Assembly: GCA_050613775.1 (NCBI GenBank)
Contig: JBODTK010000001.1
Span: 310,001-374,000 of the forward strand
Direction of reading: 5' to 3'
Origin: Neocallimastix sp. 'constans'
Lineage: Eukaryota
Length of the DNA stretch: 64,000 bases
Each line of letters begins with the position of its first letter. The stretch's first letter is position 1. Of the stretch, positions 26,490-40,598 are shown one piece after another. The translations under genes were made by a program, and so were the position numbers. The notes under the pieces were generated by a model. It saw nothing but the letters and a program-made list of their open reading frames with translations. It was not told the DNA's origin and made no database searches.

Positions 26490-28574
26490 TTAAAATGCCC
26501 AAATTTTTGAACATTCTTCATTAATAGCATTACATTCCTTAGCGACAGCTTCTGAATATTGTTGTTTCCAGCAAGCATTTAATCTGGCATAACATTCATC
26601 AGATAAACGTTGCTTACAAGTCCAATCATCATTTTTACATTTTTTGTTTGTGTTAGTTGGTTGTATAGTTTTAGTAGTCTTAGTGGTTGATCTTGGAATA
26701 GTCTTAGTAGTTGGTTTTGGAAGGGTCTTTGATGTTTTCTTGGTAGTTGGGACTGGAAGAGTTTTAGAAGTCTTCTTGGTAGTTGGAACTGGAAGAGTCT
26801 TAGAGGTCTTCTTAGTAGTTGGAACTGGAAGAGTCTTAGAAGTCTTCTTAGTAGTTGGAACTGGAAGAGTCTTAGAGGTCTTCTTAGTAGTTGGAACTGG
26901 AAGAGTCTTAGAAGTCTTCTTAGTAGTTGGAACTGGAAGAGTCTTAGAAGTCTTCTTAGTTGTTGGAACTGGAAGAGTCTTAGAAGTCTTCTTAGTAGTT
27001 GGGACTGGAAGAGTCTTGGAAGTCTTCTTAGTAGTTGGAACTGGGAGAGTCTTAGAGGTCTTCTTAGTAGTTGGAACTGGAAGAGTCTTAGAAGTCTTCT
27101 TGGTAGTTGGAACTGGAAGAGTCTTAGAGGTCTTCTTGGTAGTTGGAACTGGAAGAGTCTTAGAGGTCTTCTTAGTAGTTGGAACTGGAAGAGTCTTAGA
27201 AGTCTTCTTAGTAGTTGGAACTGGAAGAGTCTTAGAAGTCTTCTTAGTAGTTGGAACTGGAAGAGTCTTAGAAGTCTTCTTAGTAGTTGGGACTGGAAGA
27301 GTCTTGGAAGTCTTCTTAGTAGTTGGAACTGGGAGAGTCTTAGAAGTCTTTTTAGTTGTTGGAACTGGAAGAGTTTTAGAGGTCTTCTTAGTAGTTGGGA
27401 CTGGAAGAGTCTTAGAAGTCTTCTTGGTAGTTGGAACTGGAAGAGTCTTAGAAGTCTTCTTAGTAGTTGGAAGTGGAAGAGTCTTAGAAGTCTTCTTGGT
27501 AGTTGGGACTGGAAGAGTTTTAGAGGTCTTTTTAGTAGTTGGAACTGGGAGAGTCTTAGAAGTCTTCTTGGTAGTTGGAACTGGAAGAGTCTTAGAGGTC
27601 TTCTTGGTAGTTGGAACTGGAAGAGTCTTAGAGGTCTTCTTAGTAGTTGGAACTGGAAGAGTCTTAGAAGTCTTCTTAGTAGTTGGAACTGGAAGAGTCT
27701 TAGAAGTCTTCTTAGTAGTTGGAACTGGAAGAGTCTTAGAAGTCTTCTTAGTAGTTGGGACTGGAAGAGTCTTGGAAGTCTTCTTAGTAGTTGGAACTGG
27801 GAGAGTCTTAGAAGTCTTTTTAGTTGTTGGAACTGGAAGAGTTTTAGAGGTCTTCTTAGTAGTTGGGACTGGAAGAGTCTTAGAAGTCTTCTTGGTAGTT
27901 GGAACTGGAAGAGTCTTAGAAGTCTTCTTAGTAGTTGGAAGTGGAAGAGTCTTAGAAGTCTTCTTGGTAGTTGGGACTGGAAGAGTTTTAGAGGTCTTTT
28001 TAGTAGTTGGAACTGGGAGAGTCTTAGAAGTCTTCTTAGTAGTTGGAAGTGGAAGAGTCTTAGAAGTCTTTTTTGTAGTTGGAACTGGAAGAGTTTTAGA
28101 GGTCTTCTTAGTAGTTGGGACTGGGAGAGTCTTAGAGGTCTTTTTAGTAGTTGGAACTGGGAGAGTCTTAGAAGTCTTCTTAGTAGTTGGAAGTGGAAGA
28201 GTCTTGGAAGTCTTCTTAGTAGTTGGGACTGGGAGAGTCTTAGAAGTCTTCTTAGTAGTTGGAACTGGAAGAGTCTTAGAGGTCTTCTTGGTAGTTGGGA
28301 CTGGAAGAGTCTTAGAGGTCTTCTTAGTAGTTGGGACTGGGAGAGTCTTAGAAGTCTTCTTAGTAGTTGGGACTGAAAGAGATTTAGTGGAACTAGATTT
28401 TGGGTTCTTTGCTGGAAGAGTACTACTGATTATTGGAAGACTTTTGGAAATTGATTTTGTTGGAAGTGTCTTGCTACTAACAGTTTTTGGAAGAGTTTTA
28501 GTAGCAGCACTAGCATTTTCAGCATGTAAAGCTAAAGCAACAACACAAGCTAATAAAAATTTATTGAATCTCAT
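26490..28574 (-). CDS. Secreted repeat protein, copy 6 (694 aa, ~46 repeats)
   Basis: Same architecture; Cys domain identical at protein level. Confidence 0.93.
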   Translation of the reverse strand: MRFNKFLLACVVALALHAENASAATKTLPKTVSSKTLPTKSISKSLPIISSTLPAKNPKSSSTKSLSVPTTKKTSKTLPVPTTKKTSKTLPVPTTKKTSKTLPVPTTKKTSKTLPVPTTKKTSKTLPLPTTKKTSKTLPVPTTKKTSKTLPVPTTKKTSKTLPVPTTKKTSKTLPLPTTKKTSKTLPVPTTKKTSKTLPVPTTKKTSKTLPLPTTKKTSKTLPVPTTKKTSKTLPVPTTKKTSKTLPVPTTKKTSKTLPVPTTKKTSKTLPVPTTKKTSKTLPVPTTKKTSKTLPVPTTKKTSKTLPVPTTKKTSKTLPVPTTKKTSKTLPVPTTKKTSKTLPVPTTKKTSKTLPVPTTKKTSKTLPLPTTKKTSKTLPVPTTKKTSKTLPVPTTKKTSKTLPVPTTKKTSKTLPVPTTKKTSKTLPVPTTKKTSKTLPVPTTKKTSKTLPVPTTKKTSKTLPVPTTKKTSKTLPVPTTKKTSKTLPVPTTKKTSKTLPVPTTKKTSKTLPVPTTKKTSKTLPVPTTKKTSKTLPVPTTKKTSKTLPVPTTKKTSKTLPVPTTKKTSKTLPVPTTKKTSKTLPVPTTKKTSKTLPVPTTKKTSKTLPVPTTKKTSKTLPKPTTKTIPRSTTKTTKTIQPTNTNKKCKNDDWTCKQRLSDECYARLNACWKQQYSEAVAKECNAINEECSKIWAF

Positions 28575-31500
28575 ATTGTATTAATATATCTATTAATAAA
28601 AAAAATAATTTTATTTATTTAAAATTAGAGTATCTATTTAATTTATATTGTATTGACTCAATCAAACAATATTTTATTATTATATTATTATATATATTAA
28701 TATATATATTTTTTTTCTTTATTTTTTCAAAAAATAAAGTAAATAAAGTTGTGATTTAAAAAAAATAAAAATGAAGAAAAACAAATTGTTTTTATAGTTC
28801 AAAATTATTAATAAAATAATTATATTAAATATTTTATATTTTAATTTTTTTTTTTTTATTTTATAATTTTATTTATAATAATTTCAAAATTTCTTTTCAA
28901 ATTATACATAAATAACTTTTTTGTCACACAAAATAAAAATTAATATAATAATATATTATTTTGTATTACACAATATCCACAATATCCAAAATAATTTATA
29001 TATAATTCATTTTATTATACATTACACAAGTACATTTAAAATGGTTTAATTATTTCTAATTGTTTTATTTAAATTGAAAAAAATTTTTTTTTAATATTGT
29101 ATATTTTTAAAGTTACACAAGCTGATTTAAATTTATTTTTAAACTTTATTTCTTGATTTTTAATAAAAATAAAAAAAATAGTTATAAAAAAAAAAATAAT
29201 AAATATTATTATGATTAATAATGAAAAAATTATAAAATTATAAAATATATAATTTCAAACTTATATAAAGCCAGTAATAAAATTTAAATTTGTAAAAAGT
29301 AATTCATTTTACTTTAAAATTATTATATATATTAGAATATCTTAATTGAAAATTAAATTAAAAAAGAATAATTTAAGGATTAAAAAAGAAATTCTTATTA
29401 TTTCTATAATAATAATAAAAATAATAAAAGATAAGGAAAAAGTATCTCAAATTTAATAAATTTAAAAAGATGAAATTTTAGATTTATTGGGGAAGAATAT
29501 ATAAATACATATAAATACATATAAATACATTTATATGTATATAATTTTAATTTTATTTATTGTTTATTGCTTATTGTTTTTTTTTTTTTTTTTTTTTTTT
29601 TTTGTATTTTTTTTATTTGTTAGTTTTTTGTTTATTATTTATTTAATTTCATCTTTTTGTTTAATTGGGGATATTTAATAATAATTTATTATTAAATTAG
29701 ATTTAAAATAAATTAATTTAAATAAAATAAATTAATTTAAATATAAATATTTTGTTTGGTTCGTGATTCATTTATATCATATGTTTTACACAGAAAATGA
29801 ATTTGACAATTTCTATAAGGAGTAATTTCAGTTATTAATTTTTTTTTTTTTTTATTTTTTAGAAAAAAGATATATATATTTTTTTTTTTTTGAATAAATT
29901 CAGTTATTAATTTTTTATAGAAAATATCTTTTCTATAAAAAAGATATTTTTTTTAATTAATTTTATTAATTTTGTTTAATATATCTAATTATATTACTTT
30001 GGTATATTGATTAAAAGTAATACTATCTTTTTTTTTTTTTTTCTTTTTTTTTTTTTTTTTAGCCTTATATGATTAAATTAAGAACTTTCTGATATTATTT
30101 ATTCATATCTCCTTGTGTAATTTTAATTAATGCCAAATTTATGATGTTTAACAAACTCCAAATGTATTACAATTTTGTGTATTTAAAAAGTTGAAAATCA
30201 ACTTATATATAGCATTGTAGTTTAACATAATATTTTCAGATAAATATTTTTTTTAAACTATTATTTGTAAATATAAAATTATAATAATAATGCAAATTCC
30301 AATATATATATCTTGATATTTTATATAAGTAAACCAACCCCTTTTTAATAAATTTTATCATTTATTTATATATATCTTTTATAATTTTTAAAATTTAAAT
30401 TAATCTTTTACAATATTTAAATAAAATAAAATAAAAAAATTAACTTTTTTTTATTGAATAGTTAATTAACTTTATCAATCTTCCTCCCAAGACGTTTTTA
30501 TGGAATATGGAGGTTAGGGTTACTGATAAATATCTCCCTCTTATTTATATTAATATTATTCTAAATCTCTTAAGTAATATAGACAAGATATTGTCTTAAC
30601 TATGGGTCTGAGAAGGTTGCACAAACACTACCGTTTAGTATATATTTACAAGGAAATTATTAGCATTTGGGAACATATCAAGTGTCTATGTAGATATATA
30701 TTCAACTTTGTGATGTAGTAGATATATTCTACTAAATTGCAATCGTTCTGATGTTTATAGCATTAGCCAAGGAGCAAGTACGCATCTCATTGGGTTAGGT
30801 TATATAGAATCACTCCAAGAAAACGCGTATTAGAAAATTCTTAGCAATAATATGCATGTCAAAGTGCCAATACTGAATACTCAATAAAGTGGTTGTTCAG
30901 CAGGAACATTATATACCCATGCGAAGTGTTGTGACTATCTCAATATTCCCACTTCAACTGAGGGGGGGGAGGGGGCTGAAACAAAATACGGTACACATCA
31001 TAAAAAAAAAAAAAAAATTAATTTTTTTTTGTGGCTTTAAATCTACTATTGAATATGTTAATAAAATGAATAAAGGATTTTCTTTATATATTGTGATGAT
31101 TTGGAATCTAAATGTAATAATTCAGGAATAAATAATCATATGAAAATAAAAGGAACGAATGTGTTGCATTTAGGAACTTGACCTATAAATAAAAATTTAA
31201 TTCGTAATTTAATACCCCCCCAATTTTTTTTTTTTTTTTTTTTTTTTACTTATTTATAAAGTATAAATAAGTAAAACTAGAAATAAATATATATATATTT
31301 ATATATATTATATTTTTTTTTAAACTTCAAAAAAATTTTTTCATAAACATTTTATTTATAATTGTTACTTTAAAAAAAAAAAAAGGAATTAAATAAAAAA
31401 CACTAAATAAATAATAAAATAATAAAATAATAAATAATAAATAATAAATAATAAATAGTGAATAATAAATAATAAATAATAAATAATAAATAATAAATAA

Positions 31501-32082
31501 TAAATAATAAAAAATTAAATAGTTGAATAATAAATAATAAATAATAAATAATTAAATAGTTGAATAATAAATAATAAATAATAAATAATTAAATAGTTGA
31601 ATAATAAATAATAAATAATAAATAATTAAATAGTTGAATAATAAATAATTAATAATTAAATAGTTGATAAATAATTAATAATTAAATAATTGAATAATAA
31701 ATAATAAATAATAAATAATAAATAATAAATAATAAATAATAAATAATAAATAATAAATTAAAAAGTAATAATCAACTTAATAAAACCTTGGAAACATTTA
31801 TAGCCTTGTTGGTAATATAATATATAATATGTAATTCTATTTAAAAAAAAAAAATATATATATATATATATATGAAAATAAGTGAAAAATATTATAAATT
31901 AATCATGAAATTTTCTTAATTTATTATTATTATTATATACTTTTATTTATTTATTTATTTATTTATTTATTTTTTTTTTTTTTTGTTTATATAGATCATA
32001 ATTTTATTTTGACTTTTGATTCTATTTAATATATATATTATATATTATATATATTATATAGATACAAATTATATATATTTTC

Positions 32083-35000
32083 TTAATTTTTTCTCCTATA
32101 TTTATTTATATTAAAACGAGATGAGGAACTACTACGACTATCTTTACTATAATTACGACTTCGATTACGATAATATCTGTTTTTACTACGACTGTAACTA
32201 CGACTATAACTACGACTATAACTACGACTTCGATTTCTATTCCAATTTCTATTCCAATTTCTATTTCTATTTTTACTCCTACTCCTACTTCTACTTCTAA
32301 TTCTACTTCTAGTTCTACTCCTACTTCTACTTCTAATTCTACTTATAGTTCTACTCCTACTTCTACTCCTAGTTCTACTTATTGTTCTACTCCTACTTCT
32401 ACTTTTAGTTCTACTTCTATTTCTACTTCTACTTCTACTTCTTATTCGATTATAACTAAATAAAGGACTTTGACGACGATCACGACTAATACTACGACTT
32501 AAATTCCTTTTCCAATTTTGATTAGATGGATGATCATCATCTAAATTAGAAGAATGACCACCTTTTATACTACTGAGATTACGTTCTCTTTCTCTTTCTT
32601 TTTCACGATCATCCTCATCTTTTTTAATACTATTTTTATTTAAGGTATAATTGGATTCTCGAGAAGATGAACGTAATAATGGTGAATGAGGAGGTGGTAA
32701 TGGTGAAGGTGAAATAGAAGTATTTCTATTAAAATCAGGACTTTCACTATTGTCGTTTTTAGGTATAGCAATTGGTGGTGTATCAAAGAAGTCTTCATTA
32801 CGACTCTTGTTATAATCATCTTTTATATTATTATCCTTTATGTTGTTATCGTTATAATTTGTTAATTTTCTTTCTTTTTCTACATTATTTCTTTCTTTTG
32901 AATAAGAATGTACATCATCACGACTTATATTTCTTCCCCAGTTTCGATTGGTTTGACCATCATATTGACCAAAATCAGGACTATTACTATTACTATTCTT
33001 TGTATTAGTATTAAGTTGGAGATAATGTTCTCTTTCTCGATTATCTCGACGATCTTTACTACTTTTTCTTTTTGAACTACTTTCTATTTTCATATCTTTT
33101 TTTTTCTGATCATTATCTTCATTTCTTTTTATACTATTTTTATTTAAGGTATAATTTGATTCTCGTGAAGATGAAGGTAATAATGGTGAATGAGGAGGTG
33201 GTAATGGTGAAGGTGAAATAGAAATATTTCTATTAAAATCGGAACTTATACTATAATCATTTTTTAGTGAATCAATTGGCGTATCAATTGGTGTATCAAA
33301 GAAATCTTCATTTCGACTCTTATTATTATTATTATTATTATTATCTTTTGTATTATTATCTTTTTTATTATCATCTATGTAATTTGTAAGTTTTTCTTCT
33401 GTTTTATTTTTTTCTCTTGAATAGTAATGGGAATCAAGTCGCTTTTCAAATTTAGAATCCATGGTTGTTGTATTTCTTAACAATGATCTTGATATTGATC
33501 TTGATCTTGACCTTGACCTTGACCTTGATTTTGGTCTTGTTTTTGACCTTGATCTTGATCTTGATCTTGATCTTGACTTAGATTTTAACTTTGACTTTGA
33601 AAAAGGTGGTACTGATAATTTTGAAGGTGAAGGATTCTTAACATCTTTAGAATTATATGAATTATGATAAGGTGATACTTTATTATTATTATTATTATTA
33701 CTATTATTGGCGATAGTAGTAGTAGTAATAGTAGTAGTAGTACTGTTATTTTTATTAATAGTAATCATGGGTGAACGATGATCACTGTTTATATTTGAAT
33801 TTGTAAAATTGAATGTATCTTTTTTGCTATTATCTTTATTTTGATTAGTAATATCATTAAAGATATTATCGTTTTTATTGTTACTTTTATCAATGAATGG
33901 TTCATTATTTTCATTTCTATTTCGGTCACTGCTTTTATTTCTATTTTTATTTATATCTTGATGATTATCTCTATTATCGGGTTTCTCTATTTCCTTATCT
34001 TTATTATACTGATAGGAATCATTGTTATTGTTTCTATTTCTAATATCATTATTATCAAATTTATTTTCGTTAGTTCTATTTTTACTTTCTTGATCAAATT
34101 GTTGATCTTTACTTCTTGTTCTACTGTTACTTCTTTCTCTAATTTTACTTCTTTCTTTAAATATTTCATTAATATTTCTATCTTTACTTTGGCTTCTACT
34201 TTGACTCCGGTTTCTGTTTCTATCTTTATCATTATATTTATTATCCCTACTTCTATCTCTACTATTGTAATTATTATATCGATTATCCCAACTTTTATTT
34301 CTGTCTCTATTTCTATTTCTATATCTATCACGACTTCTGCTTCGACTTCTACTTAAACTTCTACTTCTACCTCTACTAAATCTATCTCTTTCTCTTTCTC
34401 TCTCCCTTTCTCTCTCCCTTTCTATATTATCTTCATAAAATTTTTTAGGTGAATAGTAAGAAGGTTCATTTATATTATTCCGATCATGGTCGTTATTATA
34501 TTTCATTTGTTTATTACGATGTTGTATTTCATAAGGTTCACGGGGATCATCTATGAAACTATTATTATTAGTTTCATTTAAACGTGAAGTTGAATAATTT
34601 CTTTTATTATCTAGTATGTAACTACTTTTAAAAGAATCTTGTGGATTTTTCTCTGGTGAAGATACTCTTTTTGGTAATGACGTTCTTTCTTCCATATAAT
34701 AAGGATTATTATTATTATTATTACTGTTATTATTATTATTATTCTTGTTATTGTTATTAGTCATTGTATTGGTATTATTTTTTTTATTATAGAAACCACT
34801 AGTAGGTCGTATTATATCTCTGGAACGATAAGGATTTGATTGAGATAAATTAGATTTTGTATTTTCATTGATAACACTTAGACTATTACTTCTACTAAAA
34901 TTATTAGAAATAAAATTTTCATCGATAGGACTATTTATTGGTTTCACTGCATTTACCGAATTTTCATTTGAAAAATTAGATTTATGATAGGGAGAATCTT

Positions 35001-37375
35001 GCTGAGTATTATGAGTATTATGATGTGATTTTTCTTTATCTAAATTATTATAATGATTATTTTTTTTTTTCATTTTGGTATCATACTCATGCCAATCCCC
35101 CTCTATTATTGGTAAATTTTCTGGTTGACATGGTAAAGGTTCTTCATTTATAAAGAAAGGTGAATTCATCGCTTCAACTGCTGATGGTCTTGATTTTGGA
35201 TTTAATTTTAAAAAATTATCAATTAAATTTAAAGCTTCTTTTGTAAGAACACTAAAAATAATAGTTTAGAACAATAATTCATTAATTTATATATATATAT
35301 ATATATGCATATTATACAAATATATATGATATAATATAATATTTAAGTTTTTTAAAAATTTTTAATAAAATTATATAAATAAATAAATAAATAAATAATA
35401 TAATTATAATTAATTAAATAATTTAAGGATTGATACATATATATAATTAAGCTTATAATAATATTATAAATTTTAATTAAAGGGAGTAAAAAAAAAAAAA
35501 AAAAAAAAAATTATACTTTTCATATTTAGATCTTAATTTTCTTGGTATAAAATCTTTTGGTTTTAAAAAGGAATACCAAGGATTTTCAGTAACTGTAGGC
35601 CAATTTTCAGAAGTCGGCGTACCACAGGTATTCCATATAATATCAAGTTGAGAAAGTTCATTTTCACCTCTGAAAGCAGCTTTTCTTAAAAAGAATTCTA
35701 AAATAATACATCTAAATAAATAAATAAATAAATAATTTATTAAAGGTAAAATAAAATAATATATATATATATATATTATAATAATGATGTAGTTAACCAA
35801 AAATAAATTAAATATCATATAAAAGTAACAACAACAACAATAATAAAAAGAATAAATACTAATAATAATTATTTTTTCTTTACCCTGCACTCCACATGTC
35901 TACTTCTGATCCGTATTTTGTTGAACCCAATAATAATTCCGGAGGACGATACCATAATGTAATTACTCTATTGGTATAATCTAACGAACGTACTCTGGCA
36001 TGAGTATCTCTTGCAAGACCAAAATCAGTAAGTTTTAATTGACCTTTATTATTTAATAGTAAATTAGAACCTAAATAAAATAGTCATAAATTAAATAATA
36101 TTTTGTTAAAGAAAAATATTAATGATTGTTTTAATATCAAAATATTAATATTTAATATGATTAAGAATATTAATTATATTGAAAGATTTTTTTCTTTTAA
36201 ATAAAAAATTTTTAACTATTCTTTTAAAACTGAGAAAATATAATATATTTAATACTATTTCGTCTTTAATATTTATTTAATTTATTTACCTTTCAAATCT
36301 CTATGCAATATTCCTTTAGAATGAAGATATTTTAAACCATCCAAGAGTTGTAGTGATAAACATTTAATTTGGGATATATTATAGTTGACTAGTTTGTTAT
36401 TTAGTACACCCGTTAAATCATGTTCCATATACTCTGAAATGATATAATAGGAATCTTTTTATATGTAGGAATATTATATAAATATATACTGGATATTAGC
36501 AAGAGATTTATATTATTTATACTTGACTTTTTTTCTTTCTTTATTTCTTATGTAAATTTAATTTGAATTGTATCAATTTTTTTTTTTTTTTTTTTTTAAT
36601 TCATTTCTTTAATAATATATATATTTGATTATATTAAATAATAAAGTACCTTTTTCAATCATAATTTCTAATAATTGAACAATATTTGGATGATGAAGTG
36701 ATTGTAATAATTTAATTTCTCTCATTGCTGTTAAAGGAAACTAAATGTAGTTATATATAAAGGTATAATATTTATAAATATAAAGATATAAAATTAATAA
36801 ATAAATATATTATTATGAAATATATGAAAGTTATATTTTAAAATTTATTATTTAAAAGACAGAGTTTAATAAAGATTTTAAATTTTATAATTTATATTAA
36901 ATTAATGAAAAGATTTTCAATCCATTCATATTTTAATTATATGGTACTATTAGTACTTAAAACTTACTCCTTCCTTTTCAGACTCTAATTTCATTTTTTT
37001 TAAAGCAACAAATTCACCATTAACCTTATTTTCAGCTTTATACACTTTACTGGAAAAAAAAATATCATCAAATAATTATATTGAAATGATTAAAATTAAT
37101 AGAGATAAAAAATATTTAATCATATGTAACCGTATATATATATATTTATAAAGATATTATAATATAATAAAATAAAAAATATATATATATAAATTTACAA
37201 TATTAATTTATTAAAATATATATATGAAATAATATGATTTATAATTATTTTTTATATTTTATTATACTTTATATTTTAATTTTTACCCATATGATCCTTC
37301 TCCAATTTGACATATTTTTAAATATATATTACCTAGTTTTTCATTATTTGGTTTCCGTATAATATTTTTATTCAT
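32083..37375 (-). CDS. CTK1: RNA polymerase II CTD kinase, CTK1/Lsk1/CDK12 type; 7 exons (37375-37287, 37049-36968, 36740-36650, 36454-36290, 36070-35884, 35711-35517, 35251-32083)
   Basis: Spliced translation at GT-AG junctions keeps frame: [85 protein letters not shown], then EGDWHEY. It is followed by a ~1000-aa RS/Asn-rich tail. Subfamily assignment (CTK1 versus CDK9/Bur1) rests on motifs only. Confidence 0.85.
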
Positions 37376-37414
37376 TTTTTATAGGATTTAGAGTATTTCT
37401 TCTTTTAAATAATT

Positions 37415-37447
<33 letters not shown>

Positions 37448-38307
37448 GATACAAAACGTTTACTGATATAAATGTTGTATTTAAATGAATAACTCGATTT
37501 ATTAAATATCGTATTTTGATAGATTAAAATTGTTTAAATATCCATAAATATGTGTAAATATTATGATTTTTTTTTTTTTTTTTTTACAAAATAAATAAAT
37601 TTTTTTTTGAAATAGTTAAAAAAATCTTATCAAATAGTTGATGTAAAGAATTATTATAAGTTTAAATCAAATCTTGAATAAACTAGAAATAATTTATATT
37701 TGTCATTCGCAATTATATACAAATTTAAATTTATATTAGATTTTTATTAATAAAGTATAAAAAAAGTATGGAAAAAAAAAAAAAATATATATATATATAT
37801 ATATGCATTTTTATGAGTTAAAAAGGTATATTTGTTATATATATAATATAAATACAATAATTTTATTTTAAAATAATAATTCAAAGTTTTAATTAATTTT
37901 AATATACACGAGAGTTTCATTAATATGAAGATGTTATTTAATTGCATATCTATTAAAAATAATTACGTACTTAATTCTTTCTTTTTTAAATATAATATTA
38001 TGATTATTCCTCGGTTGTAAATATATTAAATAATTGGTATATATATTATATTTACAAAAAAAGTGAAAATAACATCAATGTTAAAGTGTTTTATATGAAT
38101 ATATATTAAATATTTAATTTTAATTAAAACTATTTTAATCTAATCTTCTATTTATTAAAAAATTAATTTGAATGGACAATATTTAAATAAATAAATAAAT
38201 TATATATAAATAAAAATATATATAAATAAATTAATAAATAAATAATAAATAAATAATTAATAATAAATAATAAGTAATAAATAATTAATAAATAAATAAT
38301 AAATAAT

Positions 38308-38695
38308 AAATAACAAATATAATAAATAAATAAATAAATAAATAAATATATAAATTATTAGATAGACTAATTAATAATTAGATATAAATATATATTTTGA
38401 TAAATATAAATGAATAGATAAACAAATAAATAGATGAATAAATAACCATAATAAACTAAATCTACATAAATAAATAATTAGATAAATAAATAAATAAATA
38501 AATAATAAATGATAAATAACAAATATAATAAATAAATAAATAAATAATAAATAAATAAATAAATATATATATATATAAATTAATAGATGGACTAATTAAT
38601 AATTAGATATAAATATATATTTTGATAAATATAAATGAATAGATAAACAAATAAATAAATGAATAAATAACCATTTTAAACTACATAAATAAATA
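38308..38695. repeat. Tandem duplication of a ~170-200-bp intergenic block
   Basis: gactaattaataattagatataaatatatat...gataaatataaatgaatagataaacaaataaat occurs at ~38366 and ~38590. Confidence 0.8.
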
Positions 38696-39046
38696 AATAT
38701 ATAAATAAATAAATATATAAATAAATAAATAGATAAATAAATAAATAGTTATAATTCCTAAATATTGTAGATCATGTATATTAATATTTAATAATTGTAT
38801 ATATATATATATATAATAATTACTAAATTTAAATATACAAATAACAATATTTCAGTTTAACCTGGTACCTTTAAAAATAAATAATTTTTATAAATGTTAT
38901 TTATATAATTTTTTAATAAAAAAATCAATTATAGATATAATTCAATATATAACATTTTTTACGCTTGATCAATTATAATAATAATAATAATGATTATTAT
39001 AAAACATTTATATTTGTTATTATTTTATGTTTTAATTGAATATCTT

Positions 39047-39087
<41 letters not shown>

Positions 39088-39115
39088 TAATAATAATAAT
39101 AATAATAACAATAAC

Positions 39116-39151
<36 letters not shown>

Positions 39152-39569
39152 TTTTATATTTATTTGTTAATCATTATGGTTATTTAAAAAGTTATTTTAT
39201 TAATCACTTGATAAATTAATGAATTTATGTCTTCTTTTACTTCTAATATAAGTTTTATTTTAAAAATATGTCGTGGATATGAAAGTATAGAATATTTAAT
39301 ACAATAAAACAATGTAATAATAAAATATACTAAATATAGTTCAATGAAGTTTAAAAAAAAAAATAGATGTAATATTAATATTTTAAAAAATACTATTAAT
39401 TATACGTAGCTTATATAGTAAAATATATATTAATTTTTTTTTTTTAAAAAAAAAAAGAAATCCTAGAGGATAAATATTAAATTACGTTCTAATTTTTTTT
39501 TTTTTTTTTTTTTTTTTTATTTTTTTTAAAAAAATATGAAAATTAATTTTATTTTCTTCTTTTTTTTTA

Positions 39570-39600
<31 letters not shown>

Positions 39601-40564
39601 TTAATTATTGATTTTTATTAAAACATTTCATTTTTCTATATGTACTAATAATTGAATATAAAGTTTTTAAATTTTTAGTTTATTTTAACTATTATGTTAA
39701 TGAAAGTATACTATTGATTTTTCCTTTTAATCATAATGTTTTCATTCATTGCTTTTTTTTTTTTTCTTACCAAATTTCAATTTTTTTTTTATTTTTTTTT
39801 TTATTTTTATTTTATTTTATTTTATTTTTTTTTTTTCTAAATATCATTATTTTAGTTTTTATTTCTTTATTAAAGTTGAATTATTAAATATATTTTATAC
39901 CAATTCAGTTTGATATTTTTAATAAAGTTTATTTAAATTGAAATTTATTGATTATAAAACTAAATTTTCTTTATTAGATTTATAATTTTATCATTTTTAT
40001 CTTAATTATTATTTATTTTTATTTTTTATTTATAGGTTCTAAATTTTATATGTTATTTTATATTTAAATTTATTATATTTATTTTTTTCCTTTTTTTTTT
40101 TTTTAATTTTATTTTTATAGTTTTACTTTTTATTTAACTCTATTCCATAATTTCATTATTCATTTTAGAATATAATATCCATTTCCAATATCTTTATTAT
40201 TATCATTTTATTTAATTATTTTTAAAAGCTTTTAATATAATTATTAAGAATAAAGAATAATAGTATTAATAAAATTATAAAAAAAAATTTTTTTTTCTAA
40301 ATCCAAAAGTAATTAGAACCACTTTATACGGGAATTAATTATACAATTATAATTTTGATATAATAAAATAGCAAATAATTATGATATTCAAGAAAAGAAT
40401 ATATTAAAGTATAATAGTTATTAATTCAGTTTTTTAAAATAATTAACAATTATTTTATCAATGATTAAAAAAAAAAAAAAAAAAAGTAATTATATAAATA
40501 TATAATTAATAAAAAAAAATATTATAATAAAACTAAAAATAATTCAAAAACTATATTTGATTTT

Positions 40565-40598
<34 letters not shown>

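Noticed and set aside
26700..28380. 36-bp periodic repeats resembling a CRISPR array
   Set aside because: Units are contiguous with no unique spacers, lie in frame in a protein gene, and there are no cas genes in this eukaryotic context.
32772..34356. ORFs overlapping the kinase tail on the opposite strand or in an alternative frame
   Set aside because: Shadows of the RS/low-complexity exon.
32083..35169. The 1028-aa ORF as a stand-alone SR protein
   Set aside because: The frame is open upstream to an AG acceptor at 35252-35253 and encodes kinase subdomain XI, so it is the last exon of the kinase.
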